A DNA stretch of 64,000 bases from the human T2T-CHM13v2.0 reference genome, Homo sapiens. The position numbers and the translations under genes were made by a program. The stretch lies in NCBI RefSeq assembly GCF_009914755.1, contig NC_060928.1; one strand, given 5' to 3'. This document shows, in pieces, positions 14,160-25,307 of this stretch. The notes beneath the pieces were generated by a model. The model was given only the letters and a program-made list of their open reading frames with translations. It ran no database searches and was not told where the DNA came from. Position 1 is the first letter of the stretch. Every line of letters starts with the position of its first letter.

Positions 14160-14421
14160 TTAACATTTCCTAAGATTTATATTATGACATACAAATTTCT
14201 TAGGTGCTTTAGGCTTCATGGTCCAATAAGTTTAGAAAATCGATCTAAGTAATGTGAAACAAATATCTTAATCTTTACTCTTTACTAATATGCAGTGTAA
14301 ATTTCTGAGAGGGAAATCTAGGAAGCAAGTTTTTTTAAATGTCTATAACCATGAACGTCCTTTTTTTCAAGGACCATCTCAAGGGGCTACTGAGCCACAG
14401 AACAAGCTTAGGGAATGCTGG
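14160..14421. mobile_element. hAT-Charlie DNA transposon relic (palindromic, Charlie4-like)
   Basis: 'catggtccaataagtttagaaaa' and a later inverted counterpart ending 'agaacaagcttagggaatgctg'. Confidence 0.45.
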
Positions 14422-14779
14422 CTCAGGGAAAAGGGATCTCACCAACTGCCCAAGCTGCTCAAATTGCTGGCCTCAGGCCAGGGGCACAAAAGAAGCCTTT
14501 GTGGTCCACATAAGACCCAGTCCAGTGCCTCAGGAGGCTACACTGAGGTTTGGAGACAAAGCCCTTTCTAGTAATGAAGTGCTCAGTAGCTGGGTCTTGA
14601 ACATCTGTCTCCTTTTGGGGCCTCACAGTATGACTCTGGTAGGTCTTTCATTCTTATTACAACAAATATTAAGTGTAGGGGAAAACAGAGATGCAAAGAC
14701 ACACCTCTTTTTGCAAAACTTCAAGTTCTGCAGGAAGGCAGAGGTGCAGACAGAAGGATGCAGAAAGTAAGATCATTGC

Positions 14780-15199
14780 TGTATTAGGATTCTCTAGAGA
14801 GACAGAACTAATAGGATATATATATATATATATATATATATGGAAGTGTATTAAGTATTAACTTACATGATCACAAGGTCCCACAATAGGCTGTCTGCAA
14901 GCTTGAGGAGCAAGGCGAACCAGTCCGAGTCTCACCACTGAAGAACTTGGAGTCCAATGTTCGAGGGCAGGAAGCATCCAGCATGGGAGAAAGATGTAGG
15001 CTGGGAGGCTAGGCCTTTTCATATTTTTTCTGCGTGCTTTATATTTGCTGGCAGCTGATTAAATGGTGCTCATCAGATTAAGGGTGGGTCTGCCCTCCCC
15101 AGCCCACTGACTCAAATGTTTATCTCCTTTGGCAACACCCTCACAGAGACACCCAGGATCAATACTTTGCATCCTTTAATCCAATCAAGTTGACGCTCA
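14780..15199 (-). mobile_element. MLT2A1 (HERV-L) solo LTR with internal (TA)n; first ~15 nt of the LTR missing
   Basis: Reverse complement matches the LTR at 62670 ('gtcaacttgattggatt..aggatgcaaagtattgatcctgggtgt...gagtcagtgggctgggga.ggcagacccacccttaatc'); (TA)n at 14816-14841. Confidence 0.92.
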
Positions 15200-15317
15200 C
15201 AAAGTGACACAGGCATGAAGGAGAAGAGGCACCAAGCTTTGAGAATCAAGAAAGGCTTCAAGAGTTTGCCAGCTGGTCAATGACGTGAGGGCATTCCAAG
15301 CGGAGAATGCCATTGGT

Positions 15318-15541
15318 CAGTGGTTCTCAACCAACAGCAGCCTTGCTCCCCCAGGTGATACCTATTTGGCAAGGTCTGAATACATTTTTCATGGTTACAA
15401 CAGAGAAGAATAGACTTGCTACTGGTGCCTAGTGAGTAAAGGCCACGGATGCTGCTAAGTGTCCTACAATGCACAGAACAGTCCCAAGACAAAAAATTTA
15501 TCTTTCCCAAACATCAGTAGTTTCAAGGCTGAGAAATCCTT
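15318..15541 (+). mobile_element. MER20 (hAT-Charlie) DNA transposon
   Basis: TIR 'cagtggttctcaacc' ... 'ggctgagaaatcct'; internal 'ggatgctgctaagtgtcctacaatgcacag'; decayed 8-bp TSD CCATTGGT/CCATAGGA. Confidence 0.9.
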
Positions 15542-15794
15542 CCATAGGAAAGGCACAGAGGTGTGAAGGCACAGGTTAGCTTAGGCATCAGCAGGTGTCT
15601 GATGCAGCTTATTAAGGCTATTAGAGGCCCATTTCCCTTTTCCGTCATTTCCAGAGCATAAGCCCCTCAAATTCACTGACATCCTGTATTGGTATGTATG
15701 CTCCCAGAGCCTAGTCTATGGTAAGTGCAAAGTAAATGAATAAAACAGGTTTCCCAAGAGTCAGTAGTGGTAAGAGTGCTGCTGAGAGCACAGG

Positions 15795-16256
15795 TGTCCT
15801 AAGTTCCCGTGGCAGCCAGAACAAATTACCATAACTTAGTGGCTGAAAACAACAGGAACTTATTCCCTCACAGTTCTGAAAGCAGGTGTCTGAAATGGAG
15901 ATGCTGGCAGGATTGGTTCCTTCTGGAGATCCTGAGAGATTCTTCCTTGTCTCTTCTTGCTTCTGGGGCTATCAGGTGTTCCTTAGCTTGTGGAAGCACA
16001 AATCCAGTCCATGCTTCCATCTTCTCATGGATCTTCACTTTGCCTTCTCCTCTGTATCTATGCCTTCTCCTCTTCTGTCTCTTATAAAGACACGTCTCTG
16101 GATTTATAGTCTACTCAGTTAATCCAGAATAATCATATCTTGAGATCCTTAATTACATCTGCAAAGACACTTTTTTCAAACAAGGTCATATTTGCAGGTA
16201 CTGGGGGCTAAGATTTGAACATAGCTTTTTGGGGTGCCACTGCCTTAAGTACTACA
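15795..16256 (-). mobile_element. MLT1C (MaLR) solo LTR
   Basis: TG...CA ends, 'acaaattaccataacttagtggct...cagttctg...aattacatctgcaaagac'; 5-bp TSD ACAGG/ACAGA. Confidence 0.85.
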
Positions 16257-17884
16257 ACAGATATGCCTGGATGGTAGAAAAAAGGGAATTGTCTATAGGA
16301 GGGAAAGAGTGACTCCTCCACCTGGGTCATGATTACTCCAAGAGTTGGCCATGGTGATTCCATTTCTGACTCTCACTTCAATAAAAAAGTCAGTAAGATA
16401 AATGTTGGGCACATTCATTTTGAAGCACAAATTACATGTGTACTTCAGAATACATGTGTGCAAAATATTTACATTGCAAAGAGTCTTCCAAGAGGGAAAA
16501 ATAAAGTCAGGAGAGTCAACAAAAACCTCCCCTAATTCACATGGTAGCCTAGATTTGAAGTCTGTGAAATCTGCTCAGGGCAAAGATTCCATCTGTGCTG
16601 TTGGTAGAAAGCCTCATTTTCTTGGGAGTAGAGAGTAAAACTTGAGAAACTCTCTAAGAAGCTCTAGAGGCCACAAAGTACCTCAGTTTGAGCCCAGTCC
16701 TCAAAATAAGAAACACTGGGCCTCTGTTTTAAAATTGGCCCTGTCACCTTAAATTATCCCCCTTCTTGTCTTGATACTGCCTTGAAAGCCTGCTGCTCAG
16801 ACATGGTTGCATCAAAGCTGCATCGGTGCGAGAGGAAACATATTTTAAAATGACAGATCTAAGAAGCAAGCCCTCGGTACTCTAAATGAATATGTTATTT
16901 CAAAGATGGAAATGACTCCTGGAATACCCTGTAATCCAACGTTCTCAATAAATCTCATGTAATAAACTCTCCCCAGGTCCGAAGATCTGGTCTGGGGCAA
17001 GCCCGTGCCTCCTGGAGCCATATTGAAGAGAGAACTGAAACACATACTACAAGAGGGAAGCAGACAAGTGTGCCTTTGACAGCGTCTCCAAGATCATATC
17101 ACCGAAGCAAGCATGATCTTAAAGGAGGGGAGAAGAATGGCCAATTTCATAAGCGGTTCCCCTCAGACCATTGGATGGTAAAGAGGGACTCTGCCATTTT
17201 ATGCAAATATTCTGGTTCCCTGGGCCTCAGAAAGGTTGGAAGCCGGGTGGGAAGGTTTTCCACTCTGAATGGCTTTCGATGTAATAATACTTAATACTCC
17301 TTTTTGAAACAGTTTCCTCTTTTTCTGAATATTTTCATGGGACTGTAACCCATTTGTATATAAAATTGGTTGAAAGTGACATGTTGAAAAGTCCGACAAA
17401 CACTACAGTACACTCTGTTTTCAAGGAATATAAAATTGGGCTCTGTCTGACACCTTGAGTGCGCTTGTGAAAACAGAATGTCACATCTCAAAGTGTTATT
17501 CTTGATAGTTTTAAAAAAAAAAATAAAATAAACAGACCTCTCCAGGCAAACCGCCTCTTTGTATTCCAATTTCCATGGAAACGCTGGCAATTGTACTTTT
17601 TGTGGCATGGTCTTTTTCACTTGGTAAAAGTCTGGTTTAGGCAGCTTGCTTGGGGACCCTTAGAATTCAGGAAACACTCTTTATCAAGCCAGCAAGGGAT
17701 ATTTTGATAGATCCTAGAGATAACTCCTATGCTATAGGCCTAGGTAAAGAAAAAAGGCACGTAGTTATTGTACAGGTTGGAGGAAGTGGACTTCAGTTTG
17801 TCCTTAGCAACACTGTTATAATTATCCATTTTATTCAATATCCCTACTCTGAAAATTCCTGGATCTAAATGACAAAATATATAT

Positions 17885-18760
17885 ATTTCAAATCCTCCTT
17901 ACAGAGTAATTCTCAATAATACATGTAAATACTCTCTTCTCCATGAGGTAGAGTTTAGTTCCCCTCCCCTTGAGTGTGGCTGGACTTAGTGACTCAGTTC
18001 CAAGGAATGGAATATGGAAAAAGATAAGTTGTAACTTTATAGTGGAGAAAACCAGCAGGCACCTCCTTAATCAAGTGGTGAATGTTACTGTCACCAGCAA
18101 TAAGTTATTTTGACCTCATGTACTTCTTGACATCATATGACATGATATGACATGATATGATTAGAAGGGCACTTCACCTCTGTAGAATTCTCTCTCCCAA
18201 TCACAAAAGCCCAATCTAATCATGTAAAAAAAAAATAGACAAACCCCAATTGAGGAGCATTCTGCAAAACACTTGACCATTTATCTTCAAAACTGTCATG
18301 ATCATGAAAAAGCAAGGAAGGTGAGAGACTGCCATAGACCAGAGGCGATTAAGGAGACTTAATGACTAAATAAATTTATTTCCTAGATTTGATTCTGTAA
18401 TATGAAAAAAGACACTATGGAAAAACTAGTTCACTCCAAATGAAATCTATACTTTGGTGAATAGTATAATATAATCATATATTATATTCATGTAGATATT
18501 ATATGTGTATATTTTAGTGAATAGAATAGTATAATATAACTCATGTATATTATACTATAATATATTCACTAAACTATAGACTTTATTTGGAGCTTATAAT
18601 TACTATATCTTATAGTAATTATATTACTATATCAGTCTTGAGAAATGGACCACGCTAACATGCTAGAGATAGAGAAAAATGGGTGAGAAGTATATGGGCA
18701 TACTCTACATTATTTTTGTAACTTTTCTATAAAATATTCTAAGAGTTAAGTTTATTTTAA
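17885..18760 (+). mobile_element. Old L1 (L1MC/L1MD-type) 3' UTR
   Basis: 'ttgagtgtggctggacttagtgact...aactttatagtggagaaa...caaaccccaattgaggagcattctgcaaaa...tgggtgagaagtatatggg...ctctacattatttttgtaactttt'. Confidence 0.75.
18128..18160. repeat. 10-bp tandem repeat (TGACATGATA) x3
   Basis: tgacatcata tgacatgata tgacatgata tga. Confidence 0.85.
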
Positions 18761-19014
18761 ACCTCTCAAGGTTGAAGAGAAAATGGCCAAACAAGAAATA
18801 GAGAAAGTGCCATCCTTTTGTGTAATGAAGTGGATTCTTGTTGAGATGACAACACCGACACGGAGTAAGAAAAGCAGAGATAAAGATAAAGGCAGAGACA
18901 GTACAGCCAGATACAAAGGTCTAAATCCTAAAGAAAAATGTGGATTGAAGAATTCAAATCCTTAGACAGATTGTTTCCCATTGCCCAGGACATGAGCCCT
19001 TTAACTATGATTGA

Positions 19015-19125
19015 CACAATAATACTCAAGGAAGCTTTGTAAAAATGTAGATTCCTTGGCCTCATCTTCTTGATTCTAAATTAGTAGGTATGAGGTAAGA
19101 TCCAGCCATCCACACTTTATGCAGA
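19015..19125. mobile_element. MER5-type hAT relic
   Basis: 'gaagctttgtaaaaatgtagattccttggcctca...gattctaaattagtaggtatgaggtaag'. Confidence 0.5.
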
Positions 19126-19250
19126 TTTCATTGCCTTTCTATGGTGAAGTACACAGACTCTGATGAAATAGAGTCTCTTTCCATTCCCTTTGAATTTGGG
19201 CTTCTCATAGGCTATGACTGATAGCCTGTGGCAGAAGTGACCTACATAAC

Positions 19251-19705
19251 CATAATGGTGAACTTTATGTTAACCATTGCCCCACAGGGTGCCCAGACAT
19301 TTGGTCAAATGTTATTCTGGGTGTGCCACGAAGGAGTTTTTGGATGAGATTGACATTTGAATCAGTAGACTGAGTAAACCAGATTATTCTTCCTAATGTG
19401 GGCTGGTCTCATCCAATCCATTGAAGGCCTGAATTAAACAAAAAGACTGATTGATCTTCTCGTGAGAGGGAATTTCTCCTCCCTGACTCCTTGAGCTGGG
19501 ACATTGGTTTTATTCTGCCTTGGAACTTTAACTGAAACATTAGCCCTTCCCTGGTGTCCAGCCTGTTGGCCTTTGGACTGGAAAGATACCAGTGGTTCTC
19601 TTGGTTCTCCAGCCTACAGGTCTTGGGACTTATCAGCCTCTGTAATCACATGAGCAAATTCTTTCTAATAAATTTCTTTATATGTATACACACACACATA
19701 CACAT

Positions 19706-19744
<39 letters not shown>

Positions 19745-19780
19745 ATTGGTTCTGCTTCTCTGGAGAGCCAGACTAATACA
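19251..19780 (+). mobile_element. MLT2 (B/C-type) ERVL solo LTR containing (CA)n
   Basis: 'gggtgcccagacatttggtcaaatgttattctgggtgtg...aatcagtagactgagtaa...ctattggttctgcttctctggagagccagactaataca'; TSD ATAAC/GTAAC; (CA)n at 19688-19741. Confidence 0.88.
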
Positions 19781-20096
19781 GTAACATGCAAGTCTAAGCA
19801 CTAAAAGACTTACAACATTTTTGTTTATGTATTTGGAAGGCTCCTTTTTTTTAATCCCACCACCACTATGTGAGAAAGCCGAAGCAATTTCACAGAGAGG
19901 CCCATATGATGAAGACCAGGCACATCGGCTGAACTCACAGCCAACAGCCAGCCCAGCTGCCAGTGACAGAATGAGCCATCCTGCAGGTTCCAGCTCTGGA
20001 TTAGCTTTTCTGGATGTCTTTGACTCTAAGCAATATCACATGAAACAGAAGAACTGCCCAGCTGAGCCCAATTAATTCACAGAATCTTCAAACATA

Positions 20097-20175
20097 TTAG
20101 GCTGGTTCATAAGTATTGCAGTTTTTGCAATTGAAAGTCATGGCAAAACCTGCAATTACTTTTGCACCAACCTAA
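20097..20175. mobile_element. MADE1 (Hsmar1 mariner MITE)
   Basis: ~80-bp palindrome ttaggctggttcataagtattgcagttttt...aaaacctgcaattacttttgcaccaacctaa, flanked by TA on both sides. Confidence 0.93.
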
Positions 20176-20559
20176 TAATACATAATAAATGTGTTATCAC
20201 AGAGATCAATCTGGATTTACTCCTGGAAGGATTTGATAAGGAGGCATAGATGGAGAAGACAGTCACAGGGTGACAACAAGCACAGACACATGTGGCTGGG
20301 TGGCATCAGGTGGCTGGAGAATCTTTCAGAATGACTGTTTAATTTCTCTGGGTTTGTAAAGTATCAGATTTTGTTATAGAGATTATACCAATGATGTAAA
20401 AATATAAGGAAAAGAAGAAAACAGAGCTTGTCAGAACTAAATGACCTATGAATGATTTTTTCTAAACACAAGACAGCTTTCTTCTTTAACAGGCATTTCA
20501 CCACCAACTTTCAATAATTTGCTTTTTCTTCCCACTGCTGTTGGTGATCCTGTTAAATG

Positions 20560-20960
20560 TATTGGGAGAAGCGTATTGTCTAATTAATTCTTTGTTTAGC
20601 CCCTGTTAATGTGAGGAGCTGGGTATATTGGAGAGCAATATCAACTCTTTATTAAGGATATCAAAACTTTGTAATTGTATTGAAAATCTTTTCCCACACT
20701 CATTTGCATTTTAATTTGGTATATGTTTTTGACATGTAGAAATTTTCAATATGTTGGTAAATTAGCATATTCTTTTACACTTGCAGTTCCTCCCATTGTT
20801 TGTTGGGTTTTGTTTTGTTTGCTTAGAAAGGTAGTATGCATCTAGAAGTTAGAGAATTACCTGCATTTCTTTCGAGTGTTTTCATGGTATTATAAATTGA
20901 TGAATACTTGGTCCATGTGGAATTTACTGTGATGGATGACTTCTTTGGAAGTCCCAATTT
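20560..20960 (-). mobile_element. Ancient L1 (L1ME-like) ORF2 relic
   Basis: T-rich 'gaaaatcttttccca...tgcttagaaagg...catttctttcgagtgttttcatggt...gtccatgtggaattta' reverse L1 pattern. Confidence 0.45.
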
Positions 20961-20988
20961 TCATCCCAGAAATACTGTCTCTTTGGTC

Positions 20989-21930
20989 TTTTATTATTAT
21001 TATTATACTTTAAGTTCCAGGATACATGTGCAGAATGAGCAGGTTTGTTACATAGGTATACACATGCCATGGTGGTTTGCTGCACCCATCAACCCTTCAA
21101 CTACATTAGTTATTTCTCCTAATGCCATACCTCCCCTACCTGCCCCCCAACCTCAGCAGGCCCCAGTATGTGATGTTGCCCTCCCTTTGTCCATGTGTTC
21201 TCATTGTTCAACTCCCACTTATGAGTGAGAACATGCATTGTTTGGTTTTCTGTTCCTGTATTAGTTGGCTGAGAATGATAGTTTCCAGCTTCATCCATGT
21301 CCCTGCAAAGGACATGAACTCATCCTTTTTTATCGCTGTATAGTATTCCACAGTGTATATATGCCACATTTTCTTTATCCAGTCTATCATTGATGGGCAT
21401 GTGGGTTGGTTCCAAGTCTTTGCTATTGTGAACGGTGCTGCAATAAACATATGTGTGCATGTGTCCTTATAGTAGAATGATTTATAACCCTTTGGGTATA
21501 TACCCAGTAATGGGATTGCTGGGTCAAATGGTATTTCTGGTTCTAGATCCTTGAGGAATCACCAGAGTCTTCCACAGTGGTTGAACTAATTTACACTCCC
21601 ACCAACAGTGTAAAAGCATTCTAATTTGTCCACATCCTCTCCAACATCTGCTGTTTCCTGACTTTTTAATGATCGCCATTCTAACTGGTGTGAGACGGTA
21701 TCTCATTGTGGTTTTGATTTGCATTTCTCTAATGACCAGTGATGATGAGCATTTTTTCATATGTTTGTTGGCCACATAAATGTCTTCTTTTGAGAAGTGT
21801 CTGTTCATATCCTTTGCCCACTTTTTGATGGGGTTGTTTGTTTTTTTCTTGTAAATTTGTTTAAGTTCCTTGTAGATTCTGGATATTAGCCATTTGTCAG
21901 ATGGATAGATTGCAAAAATTTTCTCCCATT
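20989..21930 (-). mobile_element. 5'-truncated L1PA7-like element (ORF2 C-terminus plus 3' UTR)
   Basis: ORFs 21524-21958 and 21208-21450 encode ORF2p C-terminal peptides ([12 protein letters not shown]...LLHCWWECK; WNQP.CPSMIDWIKK) split by frame disruption; (TTA)n tail at 20989. Confidence 0.96.
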
Positions 21931-22151
21931 TGGTGATGCAGTGAGCCTGTACCCTCAACCTCCTGAGCTCAAGGATCCTCTCACCTCAGCCTCTCAAGTA
22001 GCTGGGACTATGCCATGTTAATTTTTTCTATTTTTGGTAAAGAAAGTTCACCATGTTGCCCAGGCTGGTCTTGGATCCCTGTACTCCAGGGTTACACCAG
22101 CCTCAGCTTCTCAAAGTGCTGGGATTACAGGCATGAGCTACCATGCCCGGC
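21931..22151 (-). mobile_element. AluJ lacking its 3' end and tail
   Basis: 'tcctgagctcaaggatcctc...caaagtgctgggattacaggcatgagctaccatgcccggc'. Confidence 0.85.
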
Positions 22152-22227
22152 ATACTTTTTAAAAGTTAGTATCAACTAAAGCAAATGTTTGAAAACTCAA
22201 GAACTCAAAAAAGAAAACTATGAAAAG

Positions 22228-22390
22228 GACCTCATATCTACCACTTTACTAACTGTGATCTTGGACAAGGTCTTAACTTTCCTGAGCCTCAGTTTCCTCT
22301 TCTGCACGGTAATAACATCTGTCTTGAAAGGTTGTTATGAGCATTGAACATAAGTCATGTAGAGAACTAATTGCAGGGCCTCAAATGCCA
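22228..22390 (+). mobile_element. MIR SINE
   Basis: 'actaactgtgatcttggacaaggtcttaactttcctgagcctcagtttcctc'. Confidence 0.75.
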
Positions 22391-23044
22391 GCTTTATGTA
22401 TTTAAAGGTATAGATGCTTTCCTCCTTCTTGCTAGTTTTGAGGTGTATACAAACTTACACATTTCCACTTACTGTGTTATATGCCACATATTTGTTTCTT
22501 GTCTATCTTCCCTTCTACATCGACATCCTTAATGTCTGGCCTGTGGCTTTATTTCTATATCCCTTGTTCTCATTATGGCACCCACAATACAGCAGGTCCT
22601 CAAATAATTTCTGTTGACTTGAATAAATGTCTTTAAAATATCAAAGAAAGATATCAATGAGTGCAAGACCATATCATCTGAACTAAATGCAACCTTTCAA
22701 GCTTTGAAGTAATCAGTGAAGATGCAAAAGGCACGATCTATAGATTTGACTAGGTGAAGGTTAAAAATTTTTATTGTAATATAAAAAAGTATTAATATGG
22801 GAATGTTCATGGACTTCCCCACGGCTGCCAAAGAGACTGTGGGCAATTATGTTTTGATTTTGTCCTCTCCTCTCCACCTCCTCCTAAGAAGTAATGGGCT
22901 CAGCTTTGTTTGCTCCAAGGCTTTAGGGTACAAAATGAGTAAGTGGATAGAGAAGAATGAGACCAGAGGGCGAGGAGTAAGGGAGACATGAGGATAATCT
23001 GCAGAGTAAAAACTGAGGACAGGTTGGCAGGAGAAAGGGTTATC

Positions 23045-23297
23045 TTCAAACATATTCAAGAGTAGAGAGAAGAGTATAATGGATCCCCCATGGATCCATC
23101 ACTAACTACATTTATCTACATTGTATGGATATTATTTTATGTAATTCCCACCACCACTCCTTTCATGGCTGGAGCATGTAAAAGCAAATTTCAGAAATCA
23201 TGTCATTCTACCTGCAAATATTTGAGTGTTCATCTCTACTGATAAGGATATAATATAATCTCCATGTTATCATACCTAATAAAATTAACAAGTCTTT
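23045..23297 (-). mobile_element. L1MC4/5-type 3' end
   Basis: 'ttcaaacatattcaagagtagagaga...gtataat...aaagcaaatttcagaaatcatgtcatt...catacctaataaaattaaca'. Confidence 0.65.
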
Positions 23298-23733
23298 ATA
23301 TAGAGTGACTCACAGCCCCTATTCAAAGTTTTCTATCATTTCTAAAATGGGAAGAAAGACACTTTGGTGAGAGAGGGGAATTTTTGGATAATGAAGTCTT
23401 TGAGTAGTGTAGGGCATGAGAAAACTTGAAAGATGTAAAAAGAAAATAGGAAACATGTTGTGAACATTAGGAACAGGATCCCCTTTAACTTTTCTAGAGA
23501 CGTGCATAAGGTTTGGGAGTCTTCTTAATTAATGTTGGGCATTGTAGTGTACCTCAAGAATAACCTAGTCAGGCATGAATTCTACAGGACCACAAGTCAG
23601 TATAATATAAGGGAATTAAAAGACAAACCACTAATTGCCAAAAATGTTTTTAATGAAATACAGCAAAGGGTAATTAAGCATTACAGAGAAAAAAATAAGT
23701 CATTTAGATTCATAAGAAAAAAATATCAAAGCC

Positions 23734-24183
23734 TGTAGTGAGATGAATGGTGCCCCTTCCCCCAAAAAAGGCATGCCCTCACCCAAATCCCTGGAACCTA
23801 TAAATATTACCACATGTGGAAAAGAGGTCTTTGAAGATGTAATTAAAGATTCTGAGATGAGAAGATTATCCTGGATTTCCAGGTGGGCTCTTATCAGACG
23901 ACAAGTATCCTTGTAAACTAGATTGACAACGGAGAAGGCACACAGAGGAGAAGGCAATGTGAAAATACAGCAGAGGGGTGTAGCCAGGAGCTAAGGAACG
24001 CCAACAGCTCCAGAAGCAGGAAAAGCAAGCAACTGATTATTTCCTAGAGTCTCCAGAGGAAATACAGTCCTGTGGAGACCTTGATTTCAGACTTCTGGGT
24101 TCCAGAACAGTGAGAGAATGAATTTATGTTGTTTTGAGCACCAAGTTGGTGATAATTTGTTAATGTGGCCACAGGAAACTAAT
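23734..24183 (+). mobile_element. MLT1C (MaLR) solo LTR
   Basis: 'tgtagtgagatgaatggtgcccc...gtctttgaagatgtaattaa...ttgatttcagacttctgg.tccagaacagtgagagaat...acaggaaactaat'. Confidence 0.85.
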
Positions 24184-24483
24184 GGAAACTGAGAGAAACA
24201 CGGGCAAGATAGAGGTAGGAGGAAAAGACAGAGTGCAATCACTGCCTTCCATTGGAGAAATGGAAGATATTCAGAAGCTTCTGGAAGGTTGAGTTCCTGG
24301 TAGGAAGTAGAGGGAAAGGGAATAATCTAGATGGTAGCAAGAGCTCATGGCATAGGAAGTCTTCAGGGCCACATGCAGCAGTTTGAACTTAGCCTGAGGA
24401 CAACTACTAGCCTTTGAAGAGTCTATGTCAGAAGATACACAAGGAGTGGTATAGAAAGATGCCTGATGAAGAAAAATAAAGTA

Positions 24484-24815
24484 TTTTTTATTTTTAAATT
24501 TATTGCATTATTTATTTTGAAAGAAGTTCTCACACTATCACCCCAGCTGGAGTACAGTGGTGCAGCCTCAGACTCCTAGGCTCAAGCAATCCTCCTGCCT
24601 CAGTTTCCCAAGTAGCTGGGATTGCAGGCACATGCCACTACACCTGCCTAATTTTTCATTTATGGATTTATTTGTTTGTTTATTTCTTTCTTTATTGTAG
24701 AGATAGGGTCTCATCATGTTGCCCAGGCGGATCTCGAATTCCTGGACTCAAGCCATCCTCCCACCTCAGCCTCTCAAAGTGCTGGGATTACAGGCATGAG
24801 AGACCACGCTCAGCC
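24484..24815 (-). mobile_element. AluJ
   Basis: Reverse dimeric Alu with expanded T-rich linker and a small internal deletion. Confidence 0.93.
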
Positions 24816-25005
24816 TAAGCAAAGGAAATTATAAATAAAAACTAAGAGAGTTCATCTTCCCTTGGAATTAAAGATGCTTACTGAGCCTTCTACTAAGTAA
24901 GAGGCTTACAGAGTAATGAGGAAGACAGACATTAATGAAATAATCATATGAATGAATACACAGTTATAGACTGAAATGAATATCCTGAAAGAGAGGAATT
25001 CACTG

Positions 25006-25307
25006 GGCTAGGTGCGGTGGCTCACACCTGTAATCCCAGCACTTTGGGAGGCTGAGGTGGGCAGATCACCTAAGGTCAGGTGTTCAAGACCAACCTGGCC
25101 AACATGGAGAAACTCCATATCTACTAAAAATAGAAAAAGTAGATGGACGTGGTGGTGGGTGCCTGTAATCCCAGCTACTCAGGAGGTCGAGGCAGGAGGA
25201 TCACTTGAACCCAGGAGGCGGAGGTTGCAGTGAGCTGAGATCATGCCACTGTACTCCAGCCTGGGTGACAGAGTGAGACTCTGTCTCAAAAAAAAAGAAA
25301 AAAAAAG
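25006..25307 (+). mobile_element. AluSx-type
   Basis: 'gatcacctaaggtcagg'; polyA tail; 16-bp TSD AGAGAGGAATTCACTG (24990) / AGAGAGGAATTCATTG (25308). Confidence 0.97.

Larger units (their letters stand above)
19140..20200 (+). mobile_element. MLT1H-like MaLR LTR, interrupted by an MLT2 LTR and a MADE1
   Basis: 5' part 'cccttgaatttggg...gtggcagaagtgac' resumes after 19785 with 'cagagaggccca...cagccaacagccag...atgagccatc...gaagaactgcccagctgagccca'. Confidence 0.7.
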
